A stretch of 64,000 nt of DNA, taken from contig OZ252287.1 of NCBI GenBank assembly GCA_965250085.1, forward strand, positions 800,001 to 864,000, written 5' to 3'. Position 1 is the stretch's first letter, and every line of letters starts with the position of its first letter. A program made the position numbers and the translations under genes. Below, piece by piece: positions 8,924 through 17,903 of the stretch. Below the pieces are notes generated by a model. That model saw nothing but the letters and a program-made list of their open reading frames with translations, was not told the DNA's origin and did not search any database. The stretch is from Candidatus Altimarinota bacterium (GTDB lineage Bacteria > Patescibacteriota > Gracilibacteria > CAIRYL01).

Positions 8924-11320
8924 TTATTTCTCAAATCGAACGGTTGCACCTCGTTTTTTCAGTTCCTTCAGAATTTTTGTCCAGATCTCATCACGTTCTG
9001 TATCAGTGAGAGTTCTATCAGAAGCACGAAACTCAAAGGAAAGAGTGACGGATTTTTGCCCTTCAGGAATTCCCTCGCCCTCCCAGACTTCCATAACTTC
9101 TGAGTGTGCAATACGATCGTCAAGCTTTGTAAGTCCTTGCACAAGATTCTGTACCAGCATTTTTCGATCACAGAGAACAGATCGATCGAATGGAATTTCT
9201 TGGAATCGAGGCAGTGCCTTCATTTTTTGTGCCTTGTGCTTCATCACAGCAAGTGGTGAGAGCTGTAAGGAAAGAAATGATGTTTCTGTCGGAAGATCAA
9301 ATTCTTTGGAAACGCTTGGATGAAGCTGAGAAATGCTGATTCCACTTTTTCCAACCTTAAGAACGGCACTTTTTCCCGGATGTTCAAAGGAAAGTGGGAC
9401 TTGTGCTTCTTCGACTCGCGCTTTCCATCCATGAGCCGCACAGAGGACTTGGGCAAGTGATTTGGCAGCAAGAAATCCTTCTCCGACAAGAAGAGCCGTG
9501 ATGCGATGGTCTTCTTTTTTTTTGTTATTTCCAAAATAAAACACATTCCCGCTTTCAAAAATTCTGAAATTCTCCCGATACCTTCTGTTCTTTTCTGCCG
9601 TTTCCAGAAGGCGAGGAAGAAGGGCGGGTCTCATAAGACTCAGGTCTTCGGAAATTGGATTCTGAAGCGTGACAAAAGGAGCAAAGAGGTCACACTGTGA
9701 TCTTTTGAGCAGTTCTCCTCCCAAGAAATTCAGAGTGACAATTTCATGGCATTCATTACGAGTGAGCACTTGGGAAATACTTTTTTCCAGTTGTCTCTGG
9801 CGCTCAGGAGAAAACATCCGCACTTCTATCGCTGGAGATGTTTCTGGAATAGTGTTCAGTCCATAAATACGCATGACCTCTTCCACAACATCTTCTGGAA
9901 TACAAATATCTTTCTGTCTCCATTCGGGAATAGTGACGGCATAAGAATTTTTTTTGACTTCTACTCCAAATCCAAGATTGGTAAGAATTTTTTTGATTTC
10001 GGCATCTTTAATTTTTACACCGGCGATGCGATCTATGAGTTCAATAGGGACAGCGACTATTCGTTTTTTTTCTTGTATGTTCTTCTGATCCATAATTTCT
10101 GATGCGATCTGAGCATCAGGGAAAATATCAAGAAAAAGTTCAAGTGCTCTCATGAGTCCTTGTTCGGCCATAACAGGTGGAACAGATTTTTCATAGATAC
10201 CAGAGGCATCAGTACGAGGTCCTACATTCAGAGCAGTTCGGCGAATTCGTACCGGATCATAAACAGGAAAATGGAGAAGCAGATTTGTAGTCTCCTTTTG
10301 TACTGCAGAACTTTCTCCTCCCATTACTCCACACAGATCAAAAATACCGCTTTTTTCATCTTCAAACACTATTGTCTCTGGAGTGAGTTTGCGTGTTTCA
10401 CCATCGAGTGTCTTCATCGTCTCTCCTTTTTTGGCAAGCCTCATCTTCCACTGTTTCCCCACAAGACCTGCATCAAAGGCATGATTGGGGGCGCCATATT
10501 CCAGCATGACATAATTGGTAATATCGACAATGGCGGAAATAGGGCGGATATCACACGCATTGAGGCGTTTTTGCATCCATTCTGGAGAAGAAGCGTTGCC
10601 GTCTACTCCAGTAAGATATACCGCCAGGTAGCGGGGGCAAATGTCTGCATCTTTGGGAATGGTGATCTGAATGGGAAGTTTTGTTTTCGGAATTTTCTTT
10701 TGTAGTGGCACAAAATTTTGTGCCCCTTTTGTTTTTCTGAGTTTTCCCAATCCACATGCCGCTACCTCCCTTGCAAAACCAATATAGGAAAACAAATCCG
10801 GACGATTGGTAATAGTCGTGTTTTCAATATCGAGTACTGTATCTCCTCCAAATTGGTAGTCAAAAAAGCTTTTCCCGACAGGAGCATCTGTTCCGAGCAA
10901 ATAAATCTCTTTATTCTCAGAAGCTCCCATGTGCAGCTCATCAGGAGAGCAGATCATACCGTCGGATTCTTCTCCGCGAATTTTTATTTTCTTAATTTTG
11001 ATCTCACCCCAGAGATTAGCCCCTGGAAGAGCTACGGGGACACATTCTCCTTCTTTGAGATTGCTTCCTCCACACACAATATGGTGTATTTTGCCATTTC
11101 CCACATCCACTTGGGCACACCAGAGCGTGTCGGCATTTGAATGTTTAGCGACTTTCATAATTTTTCCTACTACGACATTTTGCAATGCTTCCTTCTCCTC
11201 ATTCTTCATTATGATTTCATCAACTTCCGCCGCACGCTCGGTAAGAACTTCTGCAATGTGGCTCGGGTCCGACTCGGTAAAATCTACAAAGTCCGAAATC
11301 CATTCAAGTGATATTTTCAT
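8924..11320 (-). CDS. pheT: Phenylalanine--tRNA ligase beta subunit
   Basis: MKISLEWI start after GGAGGA; IVCGGSN, GMICS, TNRPDL, VDITNYVMLEYG, PEDVVEEVMRIYG and C-terminal FDX-ACB domain. Confidence 0.97.
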   Translation of the reverse strand: MKISLEWISDFVDFTESDPSHIAEVLTERAAEVDEIIMKNEEKEALQNVVVGKIMKVAKHSNADTLWCAQVDVGNGKIHHIVCGGSNLKEGECVPVALPGANLWGEIKIKKIKIRGEESDGMICSPDELHMGASENKEIYLLGTDAPVGKSFFDYQFGGDTVLDIENTTITNRPDLFSYIGFAREVAACGLGKLRKTKGAQNFVPLQKKIPKTKLPIQITIPKDADICPRYLAVYLTGVDGNASSPEWMQKRLNACDIRPISAIVDITNYVMLEYGAPNHAFDAGLVGKQWKMRLAKKGETMKTLDGETRKLTPETIVFEDEKSGIFDLCGVMGGESSAVQKETTNLLLHFPVYDPVRIRRTALNVGPRTDASGIYEKSVPPVMAEQGLMRALELFLDIFPDAQIASEIMDQKNIQEKKRIVAVPIELIDRIAGVKIKDAEIKKILTNLGFGVEVKKNSYAVTIPEWRQKDICIPEDVVEEVMRIYGLNTIPETSPAIEVRMFSPERQRQLEKSISQVLTRNECHEIVTLNFLGGELLKRSQCDLFAPFVTLQNPISEDLSLMRPALLPRLLETAEKNRRYRENFRIFESGNVFYFGNNKKKEDHRITALLVGEGFLAAKSLAQVLCAAHGWKARVEEAQVPLSFEHPGKSAVLKVGKSGISISQLHPSVSKEFDLPTETSFLSLQLSPLAVMKHKAQKMKALPRFQEIPFDRSVLCDRKMLVQNLVQGLTKLDDRIAHSEVMEVWEGEGIPEGQKSVTLSFEFRASDRTLTDTERDEIWTKILKELKKRGATVRFEK

Positions 11321-11444
11321 TCCTCCAAAAGAAAAATTCCTGCAAATTATAGAGGGAAAGAGCAAAACTCCCAAGAGAATACGGGAATGTTGAATGATAT
11401 CGTTGGCGATATTGTGTATCATTGTATCAGTGATCTTGAGATAC

Positions 11445-11535
11445 GAATTTTTAATTTTAAAATAATTTTTAATTTTTAAGATTTAAAAATTAGTTTTTAT
11501 TTAGAAATTAGAAGTTATGAATTAGAAATTTTTAA
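11445..11535. repeat. AT-rich ~7-bp-periodic low-complexity repeat
   Basis: AATTTTT/ATTAGAA units in the intergenic region. Confidence 0.5.
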
Positions 11536-11575
11536 AAATGTGCCCCTTCATAATATCTACTCTACAGCTCGATAC

Positions 11576-11603
11576 TTGACACATATCTATGGTTATGTAT
11601 AAT
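11576..11603 (+). promoter_or_regulatory. sigma70 promoter
   Basis: Perfect TTGACA-16 bp-TATAAT upstream of ATG 11625. Confidence 0.7.
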
Positions 11604-11624
11604 AATCTACTTTTTGTTTCCGGC

Positions 11625-12467
11625 ATGAAAAATCTCTTTCTCCTTGTTTCCAGCACTCTCCTTCTGATTGCATTTGTCCATGTTTCTTCTGCAAACGTAG
11701 GCAGGACCAATAGATCTGGATGCCATGTATGCACTCACAATTGTGAAGCATTACGACTTGCCGAGGGAGAGTTGCATTGTCATTTAAAAATCACCTCTAA
11801 ATTTTTAACTGTTTCTTCTCCTTTTTGCCCAGAAAAATCTTCATATAATCGATCTCATGGAAGGTGTCAGTGTTTTCAAGGGCACTTTGCCAAAGGAGAC
11901 AAATGTGTGCCATATATTCCTCTCTCTGAAAGGTGTGCTTTTCCGGAGAAAGACCGAAGATACTTCAATCGTCCATGGTGCACTCAAGAGCCTTCAAAGC
12001 AAGCAATGTGCCTAAGAGAATTTGGGAAGCATGCGGTTTATACATCTCAGGCAAAATCGTGTACATGTGCAGATGGATATACCATGACTGCTCAGGGAAC
12101 GTGTAAAGTTTTTGCTCCCTCTAAAAATACACAAAGTATTTCTGAAACATCTCACTACCAAGCGTTCACGAGAGAGCCTGTCTCTCTCGGAAAATGGATT
12201 TTTACTTCTCAAAAATTAAAAAGAGGACGGTCTCTTTTTGGAGAACTTTCTTGGAGTTTTTCTGATAATACGCTTACTACTCAGGTCAGAAAATATCGCA
12301 TACAGGTAGGAGATAGGACTCTCGGTAAGTGGGTGGAAGAAAAATATGTCTCCTCTTCAGTTCATAAAATACAATTTCCATACTCAGAAGATCATTCTTA
12401 TAAAGTATTCCTAAAGGCATTTGATGCAGACTGGAAAACGATTCAGGAAATTATGATTGAACTCTAA
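11625..12467 (+). CDS. Secreted Cys-rich protein: YHYH-like N-terminal domain, EGF-like repeats, beta-sandwich C-terminus
   Basis: Signal peptide; GRTNRSGCHVCTHNC..ELHCH; CQCFQGH..C and CTCADGY..C. Confidence 0.6.
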   Translation: MKNLFLLVSSTLLLIAFVHVSSANVGRTNRSGCHVCTHNCEALRLAEGELHCHLKITSKFLTVSSPFCPEKSSYNRSHGRCQCFQGHFAKGDKCVPYIPLSERCAFPEKDRRYFNRPWCTQEPSKQAMCLREFGKHAVYTSQAKSCTCADGYTMTAQGTCKVFAPSKNTQSISETSHYQAFTREPVSLGKWIFTSQKLKRGRSLFGELSWSFSDNTLTTQVRKYRIQVGDRTLGKWVEEKYVSSSVHKIQFPYSEDHSYKVFLKAFDADWKTIQEIMIEL

Positions 12468-12532
12468 AAATCGAGTGAAAAAAAGAAGATGACCATAGAG
12501 ATTGGCTTTATCTTTTTGTTTCTTACGACCCA

Positions 12533-13402
12533 TTACATCTTGCTTCCCACGTTCCAGAGTTCTTTTGCCGCTTGCTCTGCCGCATTTTTTGCGCATTCTA
12601 TAAAAAGATCTTCTGGGGCATTTTTTTGTCGATAGGCAAAAAGAATTCCTCGTGAAGAGTTTATGATAGCTCCTTTTGCTCCAGCATAAAATGCTGGCTG
12701 CACATCTTCTGCTCCTCCTCCTTGAGTGCCATAGCCAGGCACAAGGAATATCTGCTGAGGCATGTCTTGTCTCAGAAGTTTTATTTCATCTGGGTATGTG
12801 GCTCCTACTACAGCTCCAACAGAAGAGAGTTTACTTTCCCCTACAAAATTTTCTCCCCAAAGAGCAACTTTTCTCGCTACGTGTTCATGAAAAAGTTCAT
12901 CTCCTACTGCGAGATCTTGAAATTCACCGCTACTTGGATTTGAAGTTTTTACGAGAACAAAAATTCCTTTCTCATTTTGAACACATTTTTCAAGAAAAGG
13001 AGTAATGCCATCGATTCCCAAAAATGGTGTTACCGTCAGTGCATCGTATGGTTTTTGTGCTCCCAAGTATGCCTCTGCATAAGCTTTTGCAGTGGATCCG
13101 ATGTCATTTTTCTTTCCATCGGCAAGAACAAGAAGGCCTCTTTTTTGTGCAAAAGTACAAATCTGTTCCAACGCGTCTATGCCTTCTGCTCCAAAGATTT
13201 CAAAAAAGGCGAGTTGTACCTTTACAATCGCAGTGTACTCAGAGACAGATTCTATAATCTCTGAACAAAATGTTATGAGTGCCTCTTTTGGACGTTGTTT
13301 TTGAAATTTTTTTGGTAACAGATCCCAATGTGGATCAATCCCCACACATAATGGAGATTGCTTTTTTTGAACTTGCTCGGAAAGTTTGTCTGCAAAATGC
13401 AC
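12533..13402 (-). CDS. pyrF: Orotidine-5'-phosphate decarboxylase (type 2)
   Basis: LCVGIDP, DGKKNDIGST, VKTSNP, GAVVGAT, LVPGYGTQGG, NSSRGI. Confidence 0.95.
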   Translation of the reverse strand: MHFADKLSEQVQKKQSPLCVGIDPHWDLLPKKFQKQRPKEALITFCSEIIESVSEYTAIVKVQLAFFEIFGAEGIDALEQICTFAQKRGLLVLADGKKNDIGSTAKAYAEAYLGAQKPYDALTVTPFLGIDGITPFLEKCVQNEKGIFVLVKTSNPSSGEFQDLAVGDELFHEHVARKVALWGENFVGESKLSSVGAVVGATYPDEIKLLRQDMPQQIFLVPGYGTQGGGAEDVQPAFYAGAKGAIINSSRGILFAYRQKNAPEDLFIECAKNAAEQAAKELWNVGSKM

Positions 13403-13443
13403 TTCTTAAAATAATTTAAATTTTAAAATTCAACATTTAGAAT

Positions 13444-13821
13444 CTATGCAAATTCCCTTCTTTCCTGAGAGCCTTTTTGAATACGCTTTTGAAGCCTTCT
13501 TAAATAGCGGACCTTGCGATAGACAAAATAAAGAACACAAACACTCAGCACAGCAAACCAGATTCTCATAGAAAGAACTGGGAGAGATTCAAGTTGCGCC
13601 CAGAGCAAAAGAAGATACAAAATTCCTAAAAACTTGAGCCCAAAAGAGGATTTCTTAAATGTTTTGTGTAGTGCTTTTGATGAATTCTTTGAAAATATAA
13701 TTTTTCCAAAAACTCCCAGAAGAACGAGTGCTGATCCCCAGCAAAGAATAACCGCTAAAATCCAAAGAGGCTCTGTTTCTCCTCCTTGCTTGCTTGTGAA
13801 AAAAATCTCTACGATATCCAT
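13444..13821 (-). CDS. Small membrane protein
   Basis: Three hydrophobic segments and a basic C-terminus. Confidence 0.65.
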   Translation of the reverse strand: MDIVEIFFTSKQGGETEPLWILAVILCWGSALVLLGVFGKIIFSKNSSKALHKTFKKSSFGLKFLGILYLLLLWAQLESLPVLSMRIWFAVLSVCVLYFVYRKVRYLRRLQKRIQKGSQERREFA

Positions 13822-13900
13822 GTGTTTCAAAAAAATATTCGCTGACATACTGTATCATGTCTCTTTAGGGGAAAAAACTACTTTTCCCTCTCATGATAAA

Positions 13901-14773
13901 CTACTTTGATACAGTATCTTTTTCCCCTTGAGGCATTCTTCTCTGGTTGTGATGGGGCAAAATTTCTGGATGTGTAAAGATTAAGAGGAAAAATCCAGAT
14001 CCAAGCATACAGAAAAAGCTTAGAACTTGAGATATTCTCAAGTCTTCAAAAAACCAAAACGAAAAAGTTGGAACAGAGTCCCCTCTAAAAAATTCCAACA
14101 TTGTATTTCCAAAAAATACAAGGAATACAAGTGCTGCAAAGAAGGTGCCATGCTTTTGAAATTTATCACTTCTCCACCATCTGAGTCCTACATAAAATAA
14201 AAATCCGTAGTAGAGGGCTGTATACAGTTGTACTGGGTGGAGTGGTACCGCATATCGGACTTCTTGTACTGCATACGTTATGCCCAAAAAAAATCCATCT
14301 GAAACCGGCTTCCCGTATCCCCAGCCGGAAAAAAATGATCCAATGCTCCAAAAAATAAGGAGGAGGATTGTGGGAAGAACGAAGGCATCAAGCCATTTCC
14401 ACAAATCTTCTTTTTGACGATATGCAACAAGAAAAAAAACTGCTAAAAATCCAAGGGCGGTCCAAAAGGGATCAAGCCCTCCATGCCAAAAAAAGAAAAA
14501 TTTTTCCAAAAAGAGAGAGGTCTTTTCAAAGAAATGCATGTTGTTGGATTCACTTTGAAAGTGTGACCAAAATTTAAAAATTTCTCCAAGTCTGCCTGCT
14601 ACAAACGCTACTCCCGCAAAAAGAAACAGGTTTTTATAAAGAAACATAAGTGAAAGTTCCTTTTCATGGACCGTGCGTGTTAGGACCCAAGTAGCAGAAA
14701 TAACCCCAAAAAGGAATATCGTTCCCCCTGTGGAAAATGAAAAAGGTCCGATTGGAAAAAGTGCAAGATTCAT
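13901..14773 (-). CDS. lgt: Prolipoprotein diacylglyceryl transferase family protein (divergent)
   Basis: IGPFSF, AGRLG, WHGGL, LDAFVLP, LHPVQLY, EFFRGD, RISQVLS. Confidence 0.75.
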   Translation of the reverse strand: MNLALFPIGPFSFSTGGTIFLFGVISATWVLTRTVHEKELSLMFLYKNLFLFAGVAFVAGRLGEIFKFWSHFQSESNNMHFFEKTSLFLEKFFFFWHGGLDPFWTALGFLAVFFLVAYRQKEDLWKWLDAFVLPTILLLIFWSIGSFFSGWGYGKPVSDGFFLGITYAVQEVRYAVPLHPVQLYTALYYGFLFYVGLRWWRSDKFQKHGTFFAALVFLVFFGNTMLEFFRGDSVPTFSFWFFEDLRISQVLSFFCMLGSGFFLLIFTHPEILPHHNQRRMPQGEKDTVSK

Positions 14774-14795
14774 AAAGCAATTAATGAAATATTTC

Positions 14796-16217
14796 TCAAA
14801 AATTTACGACATACAGTACATAAAGTACAAAGCTGCCAAGAGAGCTCAGTGTAAAAAGAACATGCCTCCCTTTTAAAAAATAGTGCCAAATACTAATATT
14901 AGCAGAGGCAAATAAAAGGAATGCGGTGAAAAAGAAAAGAAATGGTGTGGAAAAAAGGCTTTGGAAAAATGGAGTTAAAAATGAATTTCCCTTGAGAAAG
15001 GAATATCCGGCTATGAAGAAAAAAAGCACATAAAACGAGAGGAGCCATCCGAGAAAAAGACGTAATTCACTTAAGATGATGTGAAGTGTCCTCGAGGAAT
15101 TAAATCGTGAAAAAGTTCCTATCACAGAAGAGTTTTCTTGTTCTTCTTGTCTTTTTTTAGAAATCTCTCTGATATGTGCCCATTTTTGCTTTCGATCCTC
15201 AGAACGAAGTGTCAAAAGAGCATCTGTAATAAGCTTTGCTCGTGTAAATGCATAATGCATTCCTGATTGTAATTCAGGAGAGGTTTTTGCCTCTGGAAAA
15301 AGGTTATTTGAGCTTTTTTTTGCTATTTTGGATAGATGCCCTGAGATAGATTTGAGTTGACCCAATGTCATCGTATTTTTTGCTGATTTTTTATGAGTCG
15401 CGCCCTGCATTATCTCTTGAAACTTCTCCTCCAAATCATCTTCTCCTGTGTGTTTTTTGTGACGAGGTGATGCAGTAGTGTCATACCCTGTATCGGCAAC
15501 TGCAGGCGATTGATTCTGAGCGATGACTTGCTGAATACTCGTTAAAAGCTCTTCTGCAAGTTGTTGCATATATGAAATATTGTTTGAAAGGCGAAGTCTC
15601 ATCAGAGTGTCTACATTATTTTTGATATTTCGAAATTGTTCTCCACTCATATGTTTTTTATGTTTTTCCAATATCTCCTCTCCTTTTTTTGTAACAATCT
15701 CCATTTCCTCCAGAATTGCCTTTCTTTGTTGTTCAAAATTTGCATCAACAACAACGGTATTAGCCTCTTCCGTGCTTTCTGGTTTCGCAAATTCTATGCC
15801 CAGTTCTTGCTCAATTTGTTTTTGAAGTTCTGATAACCCCTTTTTTCCTTCTTCTTCACGATTCTCCTCTGGAAGAGTGGCATTGCATACAGAAAGTACT
15901 TGAAATCGATATTCTGACACGAGTCTTCTGTATGCTGTTCCGCGATTCTCTGCATCTATTGTTCCGGTTGTTTTTTTCCCATTTTCATCAAGAACAAGAA
16001 ACCAAAAACTTTTTGCTGTATTTGCTGTTTTCTCCTTCTTGCTTATCTCTTCAGCGTCTTCAGTCTGAATGTTTTGATCTTGCTCTTCTTCAGAAACTTC
16101 TAAAACAGAGAGTCCCATTTTATGGAGTTCTTCTTTTGCGCTTTTTGCATCCTGGACATCTATAGTCCCTGTTACTTTTTGATATTTGCTATTGAGAGCT
16201 ACATAGAGAAACTGCAT
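14796..16217 (-). CDS. Membrane protein with two tandem PilC/GspF-N-terminal-like domains
   Basis: FLYVALNSKYQKVTGTIDVQD..AKEELHKMGLSVLEV and FWFLVLDENGKKTTGTIDAEN..AYRRL; three C-terminal TM segments. Confidence 0.6.
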   Translation of the reverse strand: MQFLYVALNSKYQKVTGTIDVQDAKSAKEELHKMGLSVLEVSEEEQDQNIQTEDAEEISKKEKTANTAKSFWFLVLDENGKKTTGTIDAENRGTAYRRLVSEYRFQVLSVCNATLPEENREEEGKKGLSELQKQIEQELGIEFAKPESTEEANTVVVDANFEQQRKAILEEMEIVTKKGEEILEKHKKHMSGEQFRNIKNNVDTLMRLRLSNNISYMQQLAEELLTSIQQVIAQNQSPAVADTGYDTTASPRHKKHTGEDDLEEKFQEIMQGATHKKSAKNTMTLGQLKSISGHLSKIAKKSSNNLFPEAKTSPELQSGMHYAFTRAKLITDALLTLRSEDRKQKWAHIREISKKRQEEQENSSVIGTFSRFNSSRTLHIILSELRLFLGWLLSFYVLFFFIAGYSFLKGNSFLTPFFQSLFSTPFLFFFTAFLLFASANISIWHYFLKGRHVLFTLSSLGSFVLYVLYVVNF

Positions 16218-16333
16218 GTATTTTCACAATAAAAAATCATCCATAAGTATACCAAATTTACATGACATAAGAACAATCTTGTCAGTTCTGTATATTTTTG
16301 TGACAATCATAAAGTATCAAAAAGAACCAAACT

Positions 16334-17803
16334 ATGAATCGTTTTTTGTTTTCATTCCTTGCAATCTCGCTTGCAATCTTCTGTATTGGAGCGCTTCGAT
16401 TTTTTTATCCAGAGTTATTTTCAGAAAACCTTATCCCTTTCGTTCAGAATATTATTTCATCTGACAAAGACACTGTTCCTTCTGAAGACTTAAAAAATGG
16501 CGAAGTCGAGAATAAGGATATCCAGGATTACCTTTCTGATACCATTGCCGAAAAGACACCAGAAGATGAGCATGCTCTTTTTGAGCGCGCTCAAAAGTTT
16601 TTTTTGCACAATGCCCTTCTCTTTGCAGAACGAGACCTTCTTGTCCTCATAGAAAAAAATTCTGAATATAAAGAAGCTCGTTTGCTTTTGATAAAACTCT
16701 ATATTCGCAAGCGTGATTTTGAAACAGCTGAAAAAATAGCAAAGGAATCCCTTCAATTATTCCCCAACGATCAGAAGTTTTTAGTGCCTTTAGGCGATTT
16801 ATTTTTGCAACAGGGGCATATTGAAGAAGCAAAAACTACATTTTCTGCATTGTTGGAAACTGCTGCTGAAAGAAATTTTTTTCTGGGTATCATTGCTTTA
16901 GTAGAAAAAAACTATACCGAAGGAAAGTTGCTATTGGAGGCAGCAAGTGAAAATGAAATTTTTCGTACAAGAAGCAATCTGCTCTTGGCAGCATTTAAAG
17001 AGTATGATCTCTTCCCAGACGGGAGCCCCTTACACTTGGAAACGTTGCTTGCAAAAGTGTTAAATGATATTGAATTTTTTGAGCTTTCGCTGCTTCTTTC
17101 AAAAAATGTTCTTTTAGAAAACACAGAATATAGAGATGCATGGCTCATAAATGGGTACTCACACCTGAGTATGGGGAAATATGAATTTGCACAGAATGCA
17201 TTCCAAAGAGCTTTTGAAATAGATCCTGTCAATCCGGTAACAGCATATTATGTCGGAATAACTCTCAAAAGATTGCAAGACTTTGATACGGCTCTTAATT
17301 TTTTCCAACGCGCTCAAAAAAACGGATTCTCTCCTGAATCAGAGATTCTTCGTGAAATGGCAGACACCTATTATTTGCAAGAAAACTACACTCTTTCTCT
17401 GGAGACGCTAGAGCAGTCACTTACTCTTTCTGTACAAGATGTCAGTGAGTTTATACGACCAATACATGTCGCTCTCAATTTTTTAAAAAATCCAGAACTT
17501 GGTATAAAATTTGGAAATTCTGCGGTAGAAAAATATCCTGATGTCGCTATGGCGTACAATCTCAGAGGATGGGCCTATTTGGAGAATAATGATCTTGTGA
17601 GTGCAGAAAATGACCTCCAAACAGCACTGCAAAAAGACAATCAGCTTTCTGCCGCGTATCTGAATCTTGGAAAACTGAGAGAAGTTCAGAAACGCTGGGA
17701 AGAGGCTCTTGATTTATATGAAAAAGTATATGAACTTGATCCTTTTAGCGATATTGGTCGATCTGCTGTACAGCGCTATAATGCACTTGTTGATCTCTCA
17801 TAA
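16334..17803 (+). CDS. Membrane-anchored TPR protein
   Basis: N-terminal TM plus many TPR motifs (AYNLRGWAY, AYLNLGKL..A...YEKVYELDP). Confidence 0.85.
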   Translation: MNRFLFSFLAISLAIFCIGALRFFYPELFSENLIPFVQNIISSDKDTVPSEDLKNGEVENKDIQDYLSDTIAEKTPEDEHALFERAQKFFLHNALLFAERDLLVLIEKNSEYKEARLLLIKLYIRKRDFETAEKIAKESLQLFPNDQKFLVPLGDLFLQQGHIEEAKTTFSALLETAAERNFFLGIIALVEKNYTEGKLLLEAASENEIFRTRSNLLLAAFKEYDLFPDGSPLHLETLLAKVLNDIEFFELSLLLSKNVLLENTEYRDAWLINGYSHLSMGKYEFAQNAFQRAFEIDPVNPVTAYYVGITLKRLQDFDTALNFFQRAQKNGFSPESEILREMADTYYLQENYTLSLETLEQSLTLSVQDVSEFIRPIHVALNFLKNPELGIKFGNSAVEKYPDVAMAYNLRGWAYLENNDLVSAENDLQTALQKDNQLSAAYLNLGKLREVQKRWEEALDLYEKVYELDPFSDIGRSAVQRYNALVDLS

Positions 17804-17903
17804 ACTTCTTTCTGCTTTGTCGCAAAGCAAGAAAGTATTTTTTTCCTTCTCGAAGAAACAGGGTTCTTAGGATGCCTCCAGAATAAGAAATGCAATGGGG
17901 CTT

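Noticed and set aside
7189-8995. CRISPR array or classical integron
   Set aside because: Repeats are ~150 bp, degenerate and derived from pheT. There are no cas or intI genes, and no clear RYYYAAC/GTTRRRY attC boundaries were seen.
10160-11393. Long antisense ORFs (also 37110-37733, 47818-48399, 57645-58385, 58638-59366)
   Set aside because: They fully overlap well-supported genes on the opposite strand and show no recognisable motifs; they are shadow ORFs.
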